Source: an uncultured Prevotellaceae bacterium (GTDB lineage: Bacteria > Bacteroidota > Bacteroidia > Bacteroidales > Bacteroidaceae). From it: a stretch of DNA of 64,000 nucleotides. The stretch is from assembly GCA_900318915.1 (NCBI GenBank), contig ONMI01000012.1, positions 15,515 to 79,514 on the forward strand, given 5' to 3'. This document shows positions 9,301 through 18,934 of this stretch, piece after piece. Within the stretch, counting starts at the first letter, position 1, and the number at the start of each line of letters is the position of its first letter. Both the position numbers and the translations under genes were made by a program. Below the pieces are notes generated by a model. The model saw only the letters and a list, made by a program, of their open reading frames with translations, was not told the origin of the DNA and did no database searches.

Positions 9301-12300
9301 TATACCATGGGATGCCAGGACCAATATTGGGGCCATTGGGGCCGGTCGGACCGTAAGGACCTCTCGGACCAACCCACGGACCTGAAGGTCCTGTTGGGCC
9401 GCCGCTGCCAGGTTTTATCGGGCATCTCAAATATGGTACTCTTACAGTATATTCATGCCATTTTCTGTCTTTTCCACATACCCACTTGTATGAATCTATA
9501 AAATCCTGAACGCATCCGTCTTCAGAAGAGGCTCTCCTGTTTACTGACGAATGATGTAAGCGAGTCACCTTAATAGGGATGACAATGCTTTGCTGTGGAG
9601 CAATGGTCAGACCCTGGTTTTGAGCCAATGGCTCCCATACGAAATCACCAGTTCTTTCTTGGAAGACAACTTCTGCATCTTCAGCATTGATAAGACCTTT
9701 ATTAGTTAACTTAGCATAGAAGACCAATGATTCTCCCTCATTAAGGTTCTCACCCTCAATCCTACTGGGTACTTCCAATACGACAATAGGCTCTGGTACA
9801 TTGGTCTCGAATGTCACGGTTGTAACAATCTCATACTCATCCTCGACCTCTGTTTCTTCCACTCTCCAATCAACTGTGATGCCTTGCACACTGAGGTTGA
9901 TTTCCTTAAACGTTTCTGTACCTGGGTCAACATAGATGTTGTTGGAATAGGAATCATGGTTGTTGGCTGTGACAGATAGACTGTAATAACCCTCTGTCAA
10001 TTCAACAGACAATTTTCCGTCAGGCCCGGTCAGTCCCTGTGCCACCAAAGCTTTGGTGACGGGATTACGTACAACAACCTGTGCGCCCTCCACATGCGGC
10101 GCAAGTTCTGTATAGTAGGTGTACTCATCCATCACATCAACGGTCAGTGTGCCTTTTTCTTCAGCAACGGGAGTAATGTTGAACTTTACAACAGTTCCTT
10201 CGCCATTCTCACAATTGATGGCAAACTGTCCTGTTTGCGGAACGTTGAGCTGCATGTCGTCGGTTGGCGTGAATTGCAAAGCTATCGTTGTTGTGTCGTT
10301 TTGGTTCATTGAGGGTAGCTCGTTGCCTGAAAGCGATTTCATCCAGGGCACCAATGCCAACACGACTTTTCCAGAATTACCTTTACCGATGTTGGTCACC
10401 TGAATGCTGTATTCGCGCGACTTGCCTTTGGTCATGGTTGTGACCAGTTCATCAACACTTGCTACAAGTTTTGCCCGTGCATTCCTGCAATAGAAATACA
10501 ACGTCTGGTCAAGCGTGACTCCCTCTGCTGTCGTAATACGCAGGTTGATTTCATCCCAATCGTTACCATCGGTAGCAGCTGTGCCGGTCAACGAATAGGT
10601 CAGTTGCACGGTTTCTCCACCATTAATGGTTGTCGGGATGTCTACCGTTACTTCGCAGTTGTCAGGCTTTGACAAAACCTCCACCTTGACGTCAGTGAGG
10701 TCAAGAACACCAGGATTGACGTAACCGATATTTCCGTTGTAGGTATCACCCATCGTCACATCGCAAGTGACATACCCTCCACTGGTGCGTCTCAATCCGT
10801 ACACGTCAAATGAAGCCATAGCCTCTGTTAGTCCCTCGCCCGGGAAGCAGGCGCCCGCAATAAAGTGTCCAGACTGCAGAGAATAGAGCTGCCATTCTGA
10901 AGAGAATGCTCCTTGGGCATCGGTTTCCACGGTTTGGGTTTGCCTTGCACCATCATTGATGACGTAGACCTCCACTGCAGTGTTGGCAATGCCGTTTCCA
11001 TTGAGTTGTCCTGTCACCAAGACTTTGTCACCTTGGTTGTAAATGGTTTTGTCTGTGCTGACTGTCGCCGTATAAGGTGCGGTGGCAAGAACGGAAACCT
11101 CTGCGGAGGTGTTGTTGTTGAATGACAGTTCGTCGATGGCACTGTTCTCATTTACAACAGCATAATACCTGTGTGTACCCACATTGGATGGCAAGGCAAC
11201 AGGAATCTTTACTGTCTCTGTCTCACCTACAGCCAACTGCTTTTCGGTGTAAGCCATGGTAAGGGCATTGTTTACGCCCTTTAGGTAAACTTTAACAGCG
11301 ACATCCCTTGGCAACACATCCAGTCCCTTATTGGCTACATCAATGGATAATGTCACATGACCTTTCACAGTTTCCGATTCTTTGCTTGCCGTAATATTAC
11401 TGATATAAGCATCCGGTTTTGTCTGGTCGGTCACATTCAGATAACATGTTCCAGCACTCATTCCGTCAGCTTCGGCCGTGAATACAATTATTTTCGAGTC
11501 ATTTTGTACATCATTGGATGCAATCGTTACTTCCGTTGAGGTGGAATTGGCTCCCGCTGGGATTGTTACAGAATGATTGTATGTCAAGATTCCGTCATTG
11601 TCGGAAGAAAGGTTGACAATCAAGTCTGCAGCAGTCGAAGTGTTGCGTGTGACGGTCAAGGAAACAGTGCCGCCCTCTCTCACGGTACTGGCTGCTGACG
11701 CCAAGGACAATGTAGGTCCGTCATTGTCGTATACTTCCAGCTGAGTGTTTACGGCACCGGCTGATTCGCCTGAGGCACTACAGCTGCATGATGAGACATA
11801 AACAGCTGCAGTGATGGTGTAAATACGGTCACCGTCCACGTTCGCATTGTCAATGGGGCCAAGATTGAAATGAATCTCATCCACACCACTTGCCATCTCT
11901 ATGGTGGAATTGGCATAATAAATGCTACCATTGGAGTTGTCGGACAACTTGACAGTGATTTTCTTGTCCTGATTAGTCAATCGACGTAATACGCCAGATA
12001 TAGAAACAGGACCGGCACTCTCTGACACTTTGTCGGGTGAAATCGAGAGCTGCAACACTGGCATATCATTGTCTTGCAACAGTATAAGTGCTTCACCGGT
12101 ATTGTGCCTTGGAGCGACGGCTGTAAACATGTTGGACAAATCTACATCTGGGATTTCGTTCTCCGTTGCTGTCACATCTATGGTAACAGATTCCTCATTG
12201 GCGGGAATTGTTACTTGTGATGGGAATGAGAAGCGTCCGTTGTTTTCACTTGTCAGTGTCACTACAATGGACTGTCCCGAAACTCGGCTTGTGGTGACGG

Positions 12301-13513
12301 TGAGCTGGAAGGTCTCACCCTCATTGACCACGCTTTTCGATGCTGTGACACTGAGGTCGGGATACTCGTTGTCCTCGATGATGATGCGCTGACTCACTGC
12401 CGCATATCCGTTGCCGCTTATCGACAGGTCGACGATAGAGTCGTTGTCGAGAATAGTGTTGTCGGCAATAGGCAGATAGATTACCGCACCGCTTTGTCCG
12501 GCGGGAATGGTGATGGTGTTGGGAATGTCGATGCGGCTGTCGGCTGTGGCGGTGATGCCGAACGACTGTTCCTCAGTCCACCGTCCGCTCCGGTTGAGTC
12601 GTACATAGACACTGCTTGCCTCATTCTCAACAAACCTTGTGGGCGATACCTCAAGTGTGAGTCGCTTGCCTACGGTGTAGACGGACTCGCTCTGACCAGT
12701 GTTGTTCGCAACTGCGTCGGACCTTTCCTTGACACCTTCGAACGGAACGATGCGTACTTGTATCTTCACCGGTCCGTCTATGCCTAAGAGGGCAGGCAGG
12801 TCAACCTCTGTGCTGCGGTTCACACCTGACGTTCCGCCTAATGATTCGCGGTAGTATTCGGTGGCTATCAGCTTGCTCTCGCTGCCGTCTTCCGATACCA
12901 GCGACACTTGCTCGCTCCATCCGTCGCCGGTAGAGGCTTGTCCTATGTTCCGCACTTCCCACGAGATGCTGATGTGCTCGCCGGGATTGAACGTCGACTT
13001 GTCGGCTGCGATGTTCCTTACCGTCAGGTCGGGCAGGGTGGAGACAATAATCTTGCCTGCCGACACGCCGGTCAGGACATTGGCACCCGATACGATTGCC
13101 AATACGGCATTCTCCAGTGTAAGAGGGTATTCGGCCCCGTCGGCAATGTCGTAAGGTATGTGCAGGGGCAGCTTCATCACTGCGCCGCTGCTGCCGTGCA
13201 GAGGCTTGTTTGAGGGCGAGTAGAGCAGCACCTTGTAGGTGTTGCCGCCCATGTTCCTGATAGTTGTCTGATGGTCGTCCACACGGTCGGTGGGGGTGGC
13301 CGTCAGGTCCATGGTGACACCGTCGGGCAGGGTGAGGTCAAATTCCATACCTACCACTGCATCGGTATTGCTCACCGCAACAGGCAATTGTGCCGTGGAG
13401 CCTGGCTCGACAACTATATCGTCTATAATCAGTCTGTTTGCTCTCTGTGCGTTGGCTCCAAGCGAAGCGATGCACATGAGCAGCATGGCCAGTAAATATC
13501 TTGTTGTCTTCAT
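6392..13513 (-). CDS. Giant T9SS-secreted multidomain surface protein (cohesin-like, CARDB, Calx-beta/Ig, carboxypeptidase-regulatory-like domains)
   Basis: Signal peptide MKTTRYLLAMLL...ANA; cohesin-like N-domain; PDL.V...NNT CARDB repeats; VTIPAG/DND Calx-beta repeats; GLHILKGKKIMVK tail. Confidence 0.8.
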   Translation of the reverse strand: MKTTRYLLAMLLMCIASLGANAQRANRLIIDDIVVEPGSTAQLPVAVSNTDAVVGMEFDLTLPDGVTMDLTATPTDRVDDHQTTIRNMGGNTYKVLLYSPSNKPLHGSSGAVMKLPLHIPYDIADGAEYPLTLENAVLAIVSGANVLTGVSAGKIIVSTLPDLTVRNIAADKSTFNPGEHISISWEVRNIGQASTGDGWSEQVSLVSEDGSESKLIATEYYRESLGGTSGVNRSTEVDLPALLGIDGPVKIQVRIVPFEGVKERSDAVANNTGQSESVYTVGKRLTLEVSPTRFVENEASSVYVRLNRSGRWTEEQSFGITATADSRIDIPNTITIPAGQSGAVIYLPIADNTILDNDSIVDLSISGNGYAAVSQRIIIEDNEYPDLSVTASKSVVNEGETFQLTVTTSRVSGQSIVVTLTSENNGRFSFPSQVTIPANEESVTIDVTATENEIPDVDLSNMFTAVAPRHNTGEALILLQDNDMPVLQLSISPDKVSESAGPVSISGVLRRLTNQDKKITVKLSDNSNGSIYYANSTIEMASGVDEIHFNLGPIDNANVDGDRIYTITAAVYVSSCSCSASGESAGAVNTQLEVYDNDGPTLSLASAASTVREGGTVSLTVTRNTSTAADLIVNLSSDNDGILTYNHSVTIPAGANSTSTEVTIASNDVQNDSKIIVFTAEADGMSAGTCYLNVTDQTKPDAYISNITASKESETVKGHVTLSIDVANKGLDVLPRDVAVKVYLKGVNNALTMAYTEKQLAVGETETVKIPVALPSNVGTHRYYAVVNENSAIDELSFNNNTSAEVSVLATAPYTATVSTDKTIYNQGDKVLVTGQLNGNGIANTAVEVYVINDGARQTQTVETDAQGAFSSEWQLYSLQSGHFIAGACFPGEGLTEAMASFDVYGLRRTSGGYVTCDVTMGDTYNGNIGYVNPGVLDLTDVKVEVLSKPDNCEVTVDIPTTINGGETVQLTYSLTGTAATDGNDWDEINLRITTAEGVTLDQTLYFYCRNARAKLVASVDELVTTMTKGKSREYSIQVTNIGKGNSGKVVLALVPWMKSLSGNELPSMNQNDTTTIALQFTPTDDMQLNVPQTGQFAINCENGEGTVVKFNITPVAEEKGTLTVDVMDEYTYYTELAPHVEGAQVVVRNPVTKALVAQGLTGPDGKLSVELTEGYYSLSVTANNHDSYSNNIYVDPGTETFKEINLSVQGITVDWRVEETEVEDEYEIVTTVTFETNVPEPIVVLEVPSRIEGENLNEGESLVFYAKLTNKGLINAEDAEVVFQERTGDFVWEPLAQNQGLTIAPQQSIVIPIKVTRLHHSSVNRRASSEDGCVQDFIDSYKWVCGKDRKWHEYTVRVPYLRCPIKPGSGGPTGPSGPWVGPRGPYGPTGPNGPNIGPGIPWYNPNTNNNNVTTKDETNNCIPCVDHYSKKLVDCGISFILPSALGCAKGGIDCGKSSIEGDTDWRFYADCTLSGVGCIAALCESSTAVTGVGIPVAAICEGIGTLADVASCVISLTEPCDPESLYNRAKRAASEPSYITQLRNAAMTTSKEYCSYLDIIIELFGDSAWVTNTTLGEMEAILDEVAFTNNKYLVADDYLLYKPMGISLTQYYQFIERLNNTTTFDLTGQDSENRIHYENIKNAYSKMEEAEKEAIEMGYNSVGEMWGVELNRCYEKLQEGKSTVCASITLQFTQNMVMTRQAFRGTLTIFNGHETEAMTDVKLTLNVSSADGKVATSHEFQINPETLNGFNGELDLTSGWSLAAGGTGIATIIFIPTKYAAPTGPVDYSFGGTLSYIDPFSGLEVTRELYPVTLTVKPSPELDLDYFLQRDVYGDDPLTEDVVEPMEPAEFALLINNKGYGDATNVRMTTQQPEIIDNEKGLLIDFEILSSQVNGEEKTLAFGESIANDFGTIEAGTQTYAQWWLQSSLLGHFTDYSVSYNHLTSYGNEDLSLLDEVRIHELIHGFTAADGKRGFLVNDIADADDLPDKVYLTDGTDDMVGMAAAATLTPQGDDYLLSVSPSEAGWTYGTLIDPTDGKQELTAVIRQSDGVEIPLDNVWRTDRTLRDGKDPLYENRIHFVGNLPANGETYLLSFTPREQTEPNNTVNGIITAQTADGEPVVGATVTLRSGDVTYTTTTNSSGQFTMQVDDTSKDYVISCTAEGFIDSQEQSVSFGDEATNCFFVLQPGATVYMSASGLCTYSSVVGLDFTQASAPVKAYYGKVYNTQRVILNEVEVAAAGEGLVLQGDAGSRIDIPAAYGATLLTDNLLTGTAFEPFTVTTDDVYVLANLTGKPKFHQAERGLVIPRFKAYLLYYLDEDENNSLEIIFDETLLIDMIRQAEQDTDHFRADGVKIDLKQKGLHILKGKKIMVK

Positions 13514-13517
13514 ATCC

Positions 13518-16500
13518 TTATCTGATATTGATTTTCTTGATGATTTCCTTCTCACCGAGAGCAGCCACCTTTACAATCCAGGTGTTGCCTTGCAGTTCGG
13601 TGCGCGGCTGCAGCAGATAGTGGCCGGCTGTGATGTTGCGCATCACACCCTTGTCTATCAAACTTCCGTCCAAATGGTAGATGCTCCAGACTGCCTGTGC
13701 TATGCTCTCCTTCGTAAGCAGCACGATGCCTTCGGCGTTGGCCTTGACATCCATGTTGGCGGTCATGAGGAGTTCCAGACCTGTGATGTCGTTGTTGAGC
13801 ATCACCGGAATCTCTGTGGCCTCAAGGTCGGAGAGCATGGCGTGGGCCACCATGTTTGTGCCGCCCGAAAGGGTGGCAATGGCGGTGGTGCCTTCAGGAA
13901 GCGTGGCACCGCTCATCGAGTAGCCTATGAGATGCATGCCGTTCTCCGTCTGGCGTGCTGTGCAGCTGATGCCCATCGACTGAAGGGTCTGGCTGATCTC
14001 AGCGCTGTTGCTGCCGTTCACGAAGATGTCGAAGGCGGCCACAGGACGAAGGCTGCTGAGGTAGAGTGTGCCGTTGTCGCAGAAGACCGAGGCCTCGGCA
14101 ACTTCTGTGTCAAGTCTTGCGGCGTGGTTGGCCATCTGTGTGGGAAGGTCCATGGCCATGAGAGTGCTCACCATGCCGATTACATCCTGCACATTGATGG
14201 TCTGGTCGGTCCATATATTGGCGGCGGTGTAGTTGAAGAGTCCCCCGTAGGTCTGGAAGATGTAGTTGATCATAGCCTGCAGGTCGAGCACATTCACATC
14301 GCCGCTGAAATTCACGTCGCCTATCTCAAAGGTAAGGCTTACGGGCATATATGTGGCTGAAGTGCCTGTTCCCATGGTAAGATAGAGCGAGGTGGGATTC
14401 TCTCCTGTAAAGTCGGGGGCGTTCCCGTATTTCTCCAACGTCACATTCTCGTTCACCACATTCACCTTCATGGTCCATGCGCCATTGTCCCATGCGGTGG
14501 GGTCGTTCTCCGTCAGCAGCAGGTCGAGGGCGGTGGAATAGGCTTGCGCTCCATGGGTGTAGGTGATGATGGTGGGAATCATACCGAGGAAGGACGGACT
14601 CACAAGGTCTGACAGACTCAGAGTTAGTGTGTTGGGTATCTGCTGCCCATGCAGGGTGAGCGTGCTCACCGTGGGTGATACCATGGGGTCTACAGCCGAG
14701 AAACAGTTGTTGTGGGCATAGAGAGTCTGCAGGTCGCTGAAATGGGCGGCCAGGACTCCCACATTGCCCGTGAACTGATTGTGGGAGATGTCGAGGACAT
14801 GAAGGGTGGTCGACAAGGTTCCTCCTTGGGCTGCGAAATCTGTCAGCTGGCTGGCGATGTCTCCTTCAAAACCGTTGCCGGAGAGGTTCAGCTGTTCCAA
14901 GTCAGGGAGACTGAACAGTTCCTGAGGCACCTCGCCGGAGAATCCCTTACTGGAGAGGTCGATAGAGGTGACGCGTCCTTGGCTTGTACCGATACCGGGC
15001 TGTAAAAACACGCTCTTCATACCTTCACTGAAGTCCCAGGGACGGGTTCCGCTTTCACCCAGCTCGTCGTTGATGCGCTGCAGGGCGGCCAGCACTTCTT
15101 CGTCCACCTGATAGATGACGAACGTGGTGAGCAGGGACCTATCCAGGGCCAGATAGCCCTCGCCTTCGGCTATCTCAAGATACACGTCGTATTCTCCGCC
15201 GGCAGAGGGTTTCTCTGTGCTGTTGTAGTTGCCGTCGTGCGAGACATAGGTGATGGTGGGGGTACCCACATACTCTGCTATGGTAATGTCGGCGCCGTGA
15301 CCCTCGCCGTCAAAGTTGATTTCCGGCTCAGGATAGCTGATGCTGTAGAGGTCATCGGTCAGAGGCGCTTTCTTGATGGTGAAGGTGGCGCTGAGCGAAC
15401 CCTCGTAATTGCCTTTTGCATTCACCGTTAGCGTGGCGGTGCCGGGCAGGAAGTTGTTCTCCCAGTTCAGGGTGTAGTCCTTCTCTTCTTCCAACTCATT
15501 GAGTGCCTCTTGGGTGAAGTGCCAGGAGGGGTATTGGTATTCTCTGTTGAAGATGAGATTGTCTTCCTCTATCACGATACTTCCAGTCAGAGGCTGAGGC
15601 ACAATGTTGAAGTAATAGGGCTTGCGGCCGATGGTGTAGGGGAATACACCTTCGAGGTTGACGGTGGCCCTGCCTACTTTCACATTGTTGTGGTATACGG
15701 CGGTCCATTGACCGTCCTCCATATCACAGGTGAGATTGTCTTGGAAGATGGAGTCGCCGGTGTATACCTTGCTCTCCGCGATGCCGTAGAGCGAGTAGGG
15801 TCTCACGTCGATGTATTCGATAGGCTGAAGCATGGTGGTGTTGCCCACGTTGTCGCGAGTCCTGAATTTAATCTTGTGCTTGTCGTAATTATTCGCATCG
15901 AACATGACGGTGAGCGTGGAGGTGAATTCTTCGCCGGAACTCAGCATATCGGTCAGGGGAAGCCATGTGTCTTCGTCTTCTGCCGCATATTCTATCATAC
16001 CGTCCAATCCGGCCGGACTCTCGTAGGAGCCTTCCACAATGAGACGGTGGGGCAGTGACAGGTCGTTCCATCCCTCCGGGTCGTCGGGCGTGACGGCAAA
16101 CGTGGAGTTGGGCTCCAGATTTACCTCACCCACGCCAATGAGGAATGAGAACGACACGGTGGCTCCCGCCGGGATGAGACGGTTCTTCCAACACCATCCC
16201 ATACCACTGTCGTATCCGCCGCCTTCTTGCAGCCAGTTACTGTAGGGATTGTAATCGCCCACTGTCTCAGATGCTGAACCATTGGTGCCATAATAGGCGA
16301 ACCAGAAATCATCGACACTGGTCACGCCGGCCAGGCCTGAACCGAAAAGTACACACAACTGTGCTCCGTTTCCGTCCATCATGGTCAGGCCATAGGTCAT
16401 GCCGAAGGTGTCTGTTCTGCGATAGATGGGAGCCCAGTCGTTGTTTCCTATCTGCACATCGGCGTGTGTACCCATGGAGATGCTGACATCACGGTCGTTG

Positions 16501-16913
16501 GTGTTGGTGAGCTGATAGGTCACCCGTGCCAGTTCGGCCTGTTCCTCCACAATAGCTTGGAAGGTCACGCCGTCTACGTTGGAGCCGTCTGTGCAGTTTA
16601 CCCATTGGGCTGATCCATCGTCCACTTTCAAGGCTACATAGTAGCCGCGGTCGGCAAAAGTGGAGGAATAGTAGGATCCTTCAAAATAGCCCATAAAGTC
16701 GATGGCATCGCTGAAGCGAGCGTATAGATGAGTACTGCCTACCCGATTGTAATTGTAGGGCACATCGGAGTAGACACCAGCCCTTTTCGCACCCGCTTTT
16801 TTCTTGGGGGGTTGCGCAAGGACATCGCAAACTTGTCCCATACAAATCAGCAGGACAAGCAAATGGATGAAAGGCCGTAGAGGCCTCTTGCTTCGATGAT
16901 ATAATTCTCTCAT
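13518..16913 (-). CDS. T9SS-secreted protein with Ig/MBG-like repeats, leucine-rich repeats and a dockerin-like domain
   Basis: LxxLxLSxNxFxG LRRs; GDVNFSGDVNVLDLQAMINYI...ANIWTDQTINVQDV duplicated Ca-loop/helix; IYHLDG...IIKKINIR C-terminal sorting domain. Confidence 0.8.
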   Translation of the reverse strand: MRELYHRSKRPLRPFIHLLVLLICMGQVCDVLAQPPKKKAGAKRAGVYSDVPYNYNRVGSTHLYARFSDAIDFMGYFEGSYYSSTFADRGYYVALKVDDGSAQWVNCTDGSNVDGVTFQAIVEEQAELARVTYQLTNTNDRDVSISMGTHADVQIGNNDWAPIYRRTDTFGMTYGLTMMDGNGAQLCVLFGSGLAGVTSVDDFWFAYYGTNGSASETVGDYNPYSNWLQEGGGYDSGMGWCWKNRLIPAGATVSFSFLIGVGEVNLEPNSTFAVTPDDPEGWNDLSLPHRLIVEGSYESPAGLDGMIEYAAEDEDTWLPLTDMLSSGEEFTSTLTVMFDANNYDKHKIKFRTRDNVGNTTMLQPIEYIDVRPYSLYGIAESKVYTGDSIFQDNLTCDMEDGQWTAVYHNNVKVGRATVNLEGVFPYTIGRKPYYFNIVPQPLTGSIVIEEDNLIFNREYQYPSWHFTQEALNELEEEKDYTLNWENNFLPGTATLTVNAKGNYEGSLSATFTIKKAPLTDDLYSISYPEPEINFDGEGHGADITIAEYVGTPTITYVSHDGNYNSTEKPSAGGEYDVYLEIAEGEGYLALDRSLLTTFVIYQVDEEVLAALQRINDELGESGTRPWDFSEGMKSVFLQPGIGTSQGRVTSIDLSSKGFSGEVPQELFSLPDLEQLNLSGNGFEGDIASQLTDFAAQGGTLSTTLHVLDISHNQFTGNVGVLAAHFSDLQTLYAHNNCFSAVDPMVSPTVSTLTLHGQQIPNTLTLSLSDLVSPSFLGMIPTIITYTHGAQAYSTALDLLLTENDPTAWDNGAWTMKVNVVNENVTLEKYGNAPDFTGENPTSLYLTMGTGTSATYMPVSLTFEIGDVNFSGDVNVLDLQAMINYIFQTYGGLFNYTAANIWTDQTINVQDVIGMVSTLMAMDLPTQMANHAARLDTEVAEASVFCDNGTLYLSSLRPVAAFDIFVNGSNSAEISQTLQSMGISCTARQTENGMHLIGYSMSGATLPEGTTAIATLSGGTNMVAHAMLSDLEATEIPVMLNNDITGLELLMTANMDVKANAEGIVLLTKESIAQAVWSIYHLDGSLIDKGVMRNITAGHYLLQPRTELQGNTWIVKVAALGEKEIIKKINIR

Positions 16914-17135
16914 AATTTATATTATTAAGGTGGAAATCATACTTTATTGCTCTATTGCCGTATATATGCCAACTGTTCCGCTTGTATTGCGGAAGATGCT
17001 ATTAGGCGTGAGGTAAGAGTCTTAGATTCCTATAGGAAATTTTTAGTAGCTTTATTTAGTTGTGCCGATGAATTAACAAGTATGGCGGTATGTCTTCTTT
17101 TTGGAAGGCTCATCTGTTAATTGTCGCAAATATAT

Positions 17136-17188
17136 AAAAAAAACGGCACACAGTCATTTTTTATCGTGAAAAAATGGCTGTGTGCCGA
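17136..17188 (-). terminator. Intrinsic terminator of the GH5 gene
   Basis: CGGCACACAGTCATTTTT / AAAAATGGCTGTGTGCCG hairpin with a T-run on the minus strand. Confidence 0.75.
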
Positions 17189-17212
17189 TATTGGATACAG
17201 TATCCGATGATT

Positions 17213-18880
17213 CTATTCTGCTATCCGTTTCCGGCCGTTCTCAATGTATATCTGTCCGCGGCGGGGCTGTGCCAGCTGGCGGCCGTCGAGGGTGTAGCGG
17301 GTGTGCTGCGTGCCGCTCATGGCGGGCAGGGCGATGCCGGCGGGGTCGCTCACCGCCACTTTGTTCAGGCGGATGCCGTGGCCCTGAATCACAATGCCCT
17401 TCTGCAGGATGCTGCTCAGCGTGGCCTCGCTGAAGGAGAAGGCCGTGGTGTGGGTGGTGCCGCTGCCGGTGCTATAGACGGCGCTCGGCGAGAAATCACC
17501 CGTGAAGCTGTTGCCGCCTACGGTGAAGGGGAGCAGCGAACTCCAGTCGCCGTAGAAGAGCTGCAGGTCGTCGTAGTCGGTATAGTCCTGCGTGTAGGTG
17601 AGCACCAGCTGCACGTCGTTGCTCTTGCCTTCGAAGAGCGAGGCGGGCACGTTGAGCTGCAGACCGTTGCCCCAGTCGAGCACGGCGTCGCCCTCCCAGA
17701 AGGTCACACCGCCCGATGGGTCGTCTTCGTGGGGCTGCGGTTCGATGTATTCGGAGCCGGAACCCTCGGTGATGCCTCTCAGAAAATATTCGTTGCCCAC
17801 GGCCATGTTCTGCCACCGCTTGAAGATGCCGAAGTTCTCCGGACCGTTGTTGAAGGCGTTGTTGTCCCATGCGAAGGCGGCGAAACCGTGCTCGCGGGCT
17901 TCGCTCACCAGGCACTTCAGATAGTACTGCATGTTTTCCATCTGTGTCTGCTTGTCGTCCTCGGTGTAGTGGTTGGCCACGCCATACTCGCCTATCACGA
18001 CGCCCAGCCCTTTGGTCGTCCAGGTGTTGGCGATGCGGTCGAAGAGGTTGGCCATGGTCTGCTCGTTGCTGCTCGGGGTCCGGCCCTTGTCCTTGTAGGC
18101 GTCGCCCCAATAATAATAGGTGCAGTTGCCGCAATATTCATAGGGATCGTAGTAGTGGAACTCCACGCTCAGCCTTTCCTCCACGGGATCGTCGGGCACG
18201 GTAAAACCGTTCAGTCCGTGGTAGGGGCTGCAGGCGAAGGTCTGCACCACCAGGTTGCGGTAGTAGTTCTTGCCGCCTGTGGCGCGTACGGCATCCACGA
18301 AGGTCTGGTTGTAACTGTTCTGCACGGCTTGCTGCTCGGTGTTGGGCGCTGACCAGTCGACCGTGGTCTCGTTGGTGCCGGCGAAGACGAGGCGCTCGCC
18401 GTAGTCGCGGAAGTAGGTGGCTATGTGGGTCCACAGGGCGCGTAGCTTGCGGTTGTTTTCCTCTTGCTTGCTGTAGTAGGGATTGCGGTCGAGCCATTCC
18501 TCGTGGTGGGTGTTAATCATTACGTACATGTCTTCGGCCAGGGCCCAGTCTACCACTTCCTTCACACGGGCCAGCCATTCATCGTCGACGGCCATCTCTG
18601 TGGTGTTGTTCACATGGTTGATCCATCTCACGGGTATGCGGATGGCGTTGAAACCGGCCTCATGCACAGCCTTTATCATGGCCTGTGTGGTCTTGGGGTT
18701 GCCCCATTCTGTCTCGTTCGTGGGGCACTCGAACGAATTGCCCAGATTCCAGCCCATCACCACATCGCGGGTCCATTCCTGTGCGGTTTGGGTCATGCCC
18801 TCGCTGTCGGGGGCCACGTCTTGGGCGTTTGCCAGGGCCGCCATGAGCAGTGCGGCCATCAGTGTGTAGAGTTTTCTCAT
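17213..18880 (-). CDS. Glycoside hydrolase family 5 (endoglucanase/xyloglucanase-like) with C-terminal accessory domain and T9SS-type tail
   Basis: GWNLGN, IRIPVRW, INTHH, GTNE (acid/base), FHYYDP, IGEYG (nucleophile), WDN. Confidence 0.92.
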   Translation of the reverse strand: MRKLYTLMAALLMAALANAQDVAPDSEGMTQTAQEWTRDVVMGWNLGNSFECPTNETEWGNPKTTQAMIKAVHEAGFNAIRIPVRWINHVNNTTEMAVDDEWLARVKEVVDWALAEDMYVMINTHHEEWLDRNPYYSKQEENNRKLRALWTHIATYFRDYGERLVFAGTNETTVDWSAPNTEQQAVQNSYNQTFVDAVRATGGKNYYRNLVVQTFACSPYHGLNGFTVPDDPVEERLSVEFHYYDPYEYCGNCTYYYWGDAYKDKGRTPSSNEQTMANLFDRIANTWTTKGLGVVIGEYGVANHYTEDDKQTQMENMQYYLKCLVSEAREHGFAAFAWDNNAFNNGPENFGIFKRWQNMAVGNEYFLRGITEGSGSEYIEPQPHEDDPSGGVTFWEGDAVLDWGNGLQLNVPASLFEGKSNDVQLVLTYTQDYTDYDDLQLFYGDWSSLLPFTVGGNSFTGDFSPSAVYSTGSGTTHTTAFSFSEATLSSILQKGIVIQGHGIRLNKVAVSDPAGIALPAMSGTQHTRYTLDGRQLAQPRRGQIYIENGRKRIAE

Positions 18881-18934
18881 AGGTATTGGTCTAAATAGAT
18901 GTTGTTATTTGTCTTGTTTTATAAGCCGTTAGCG

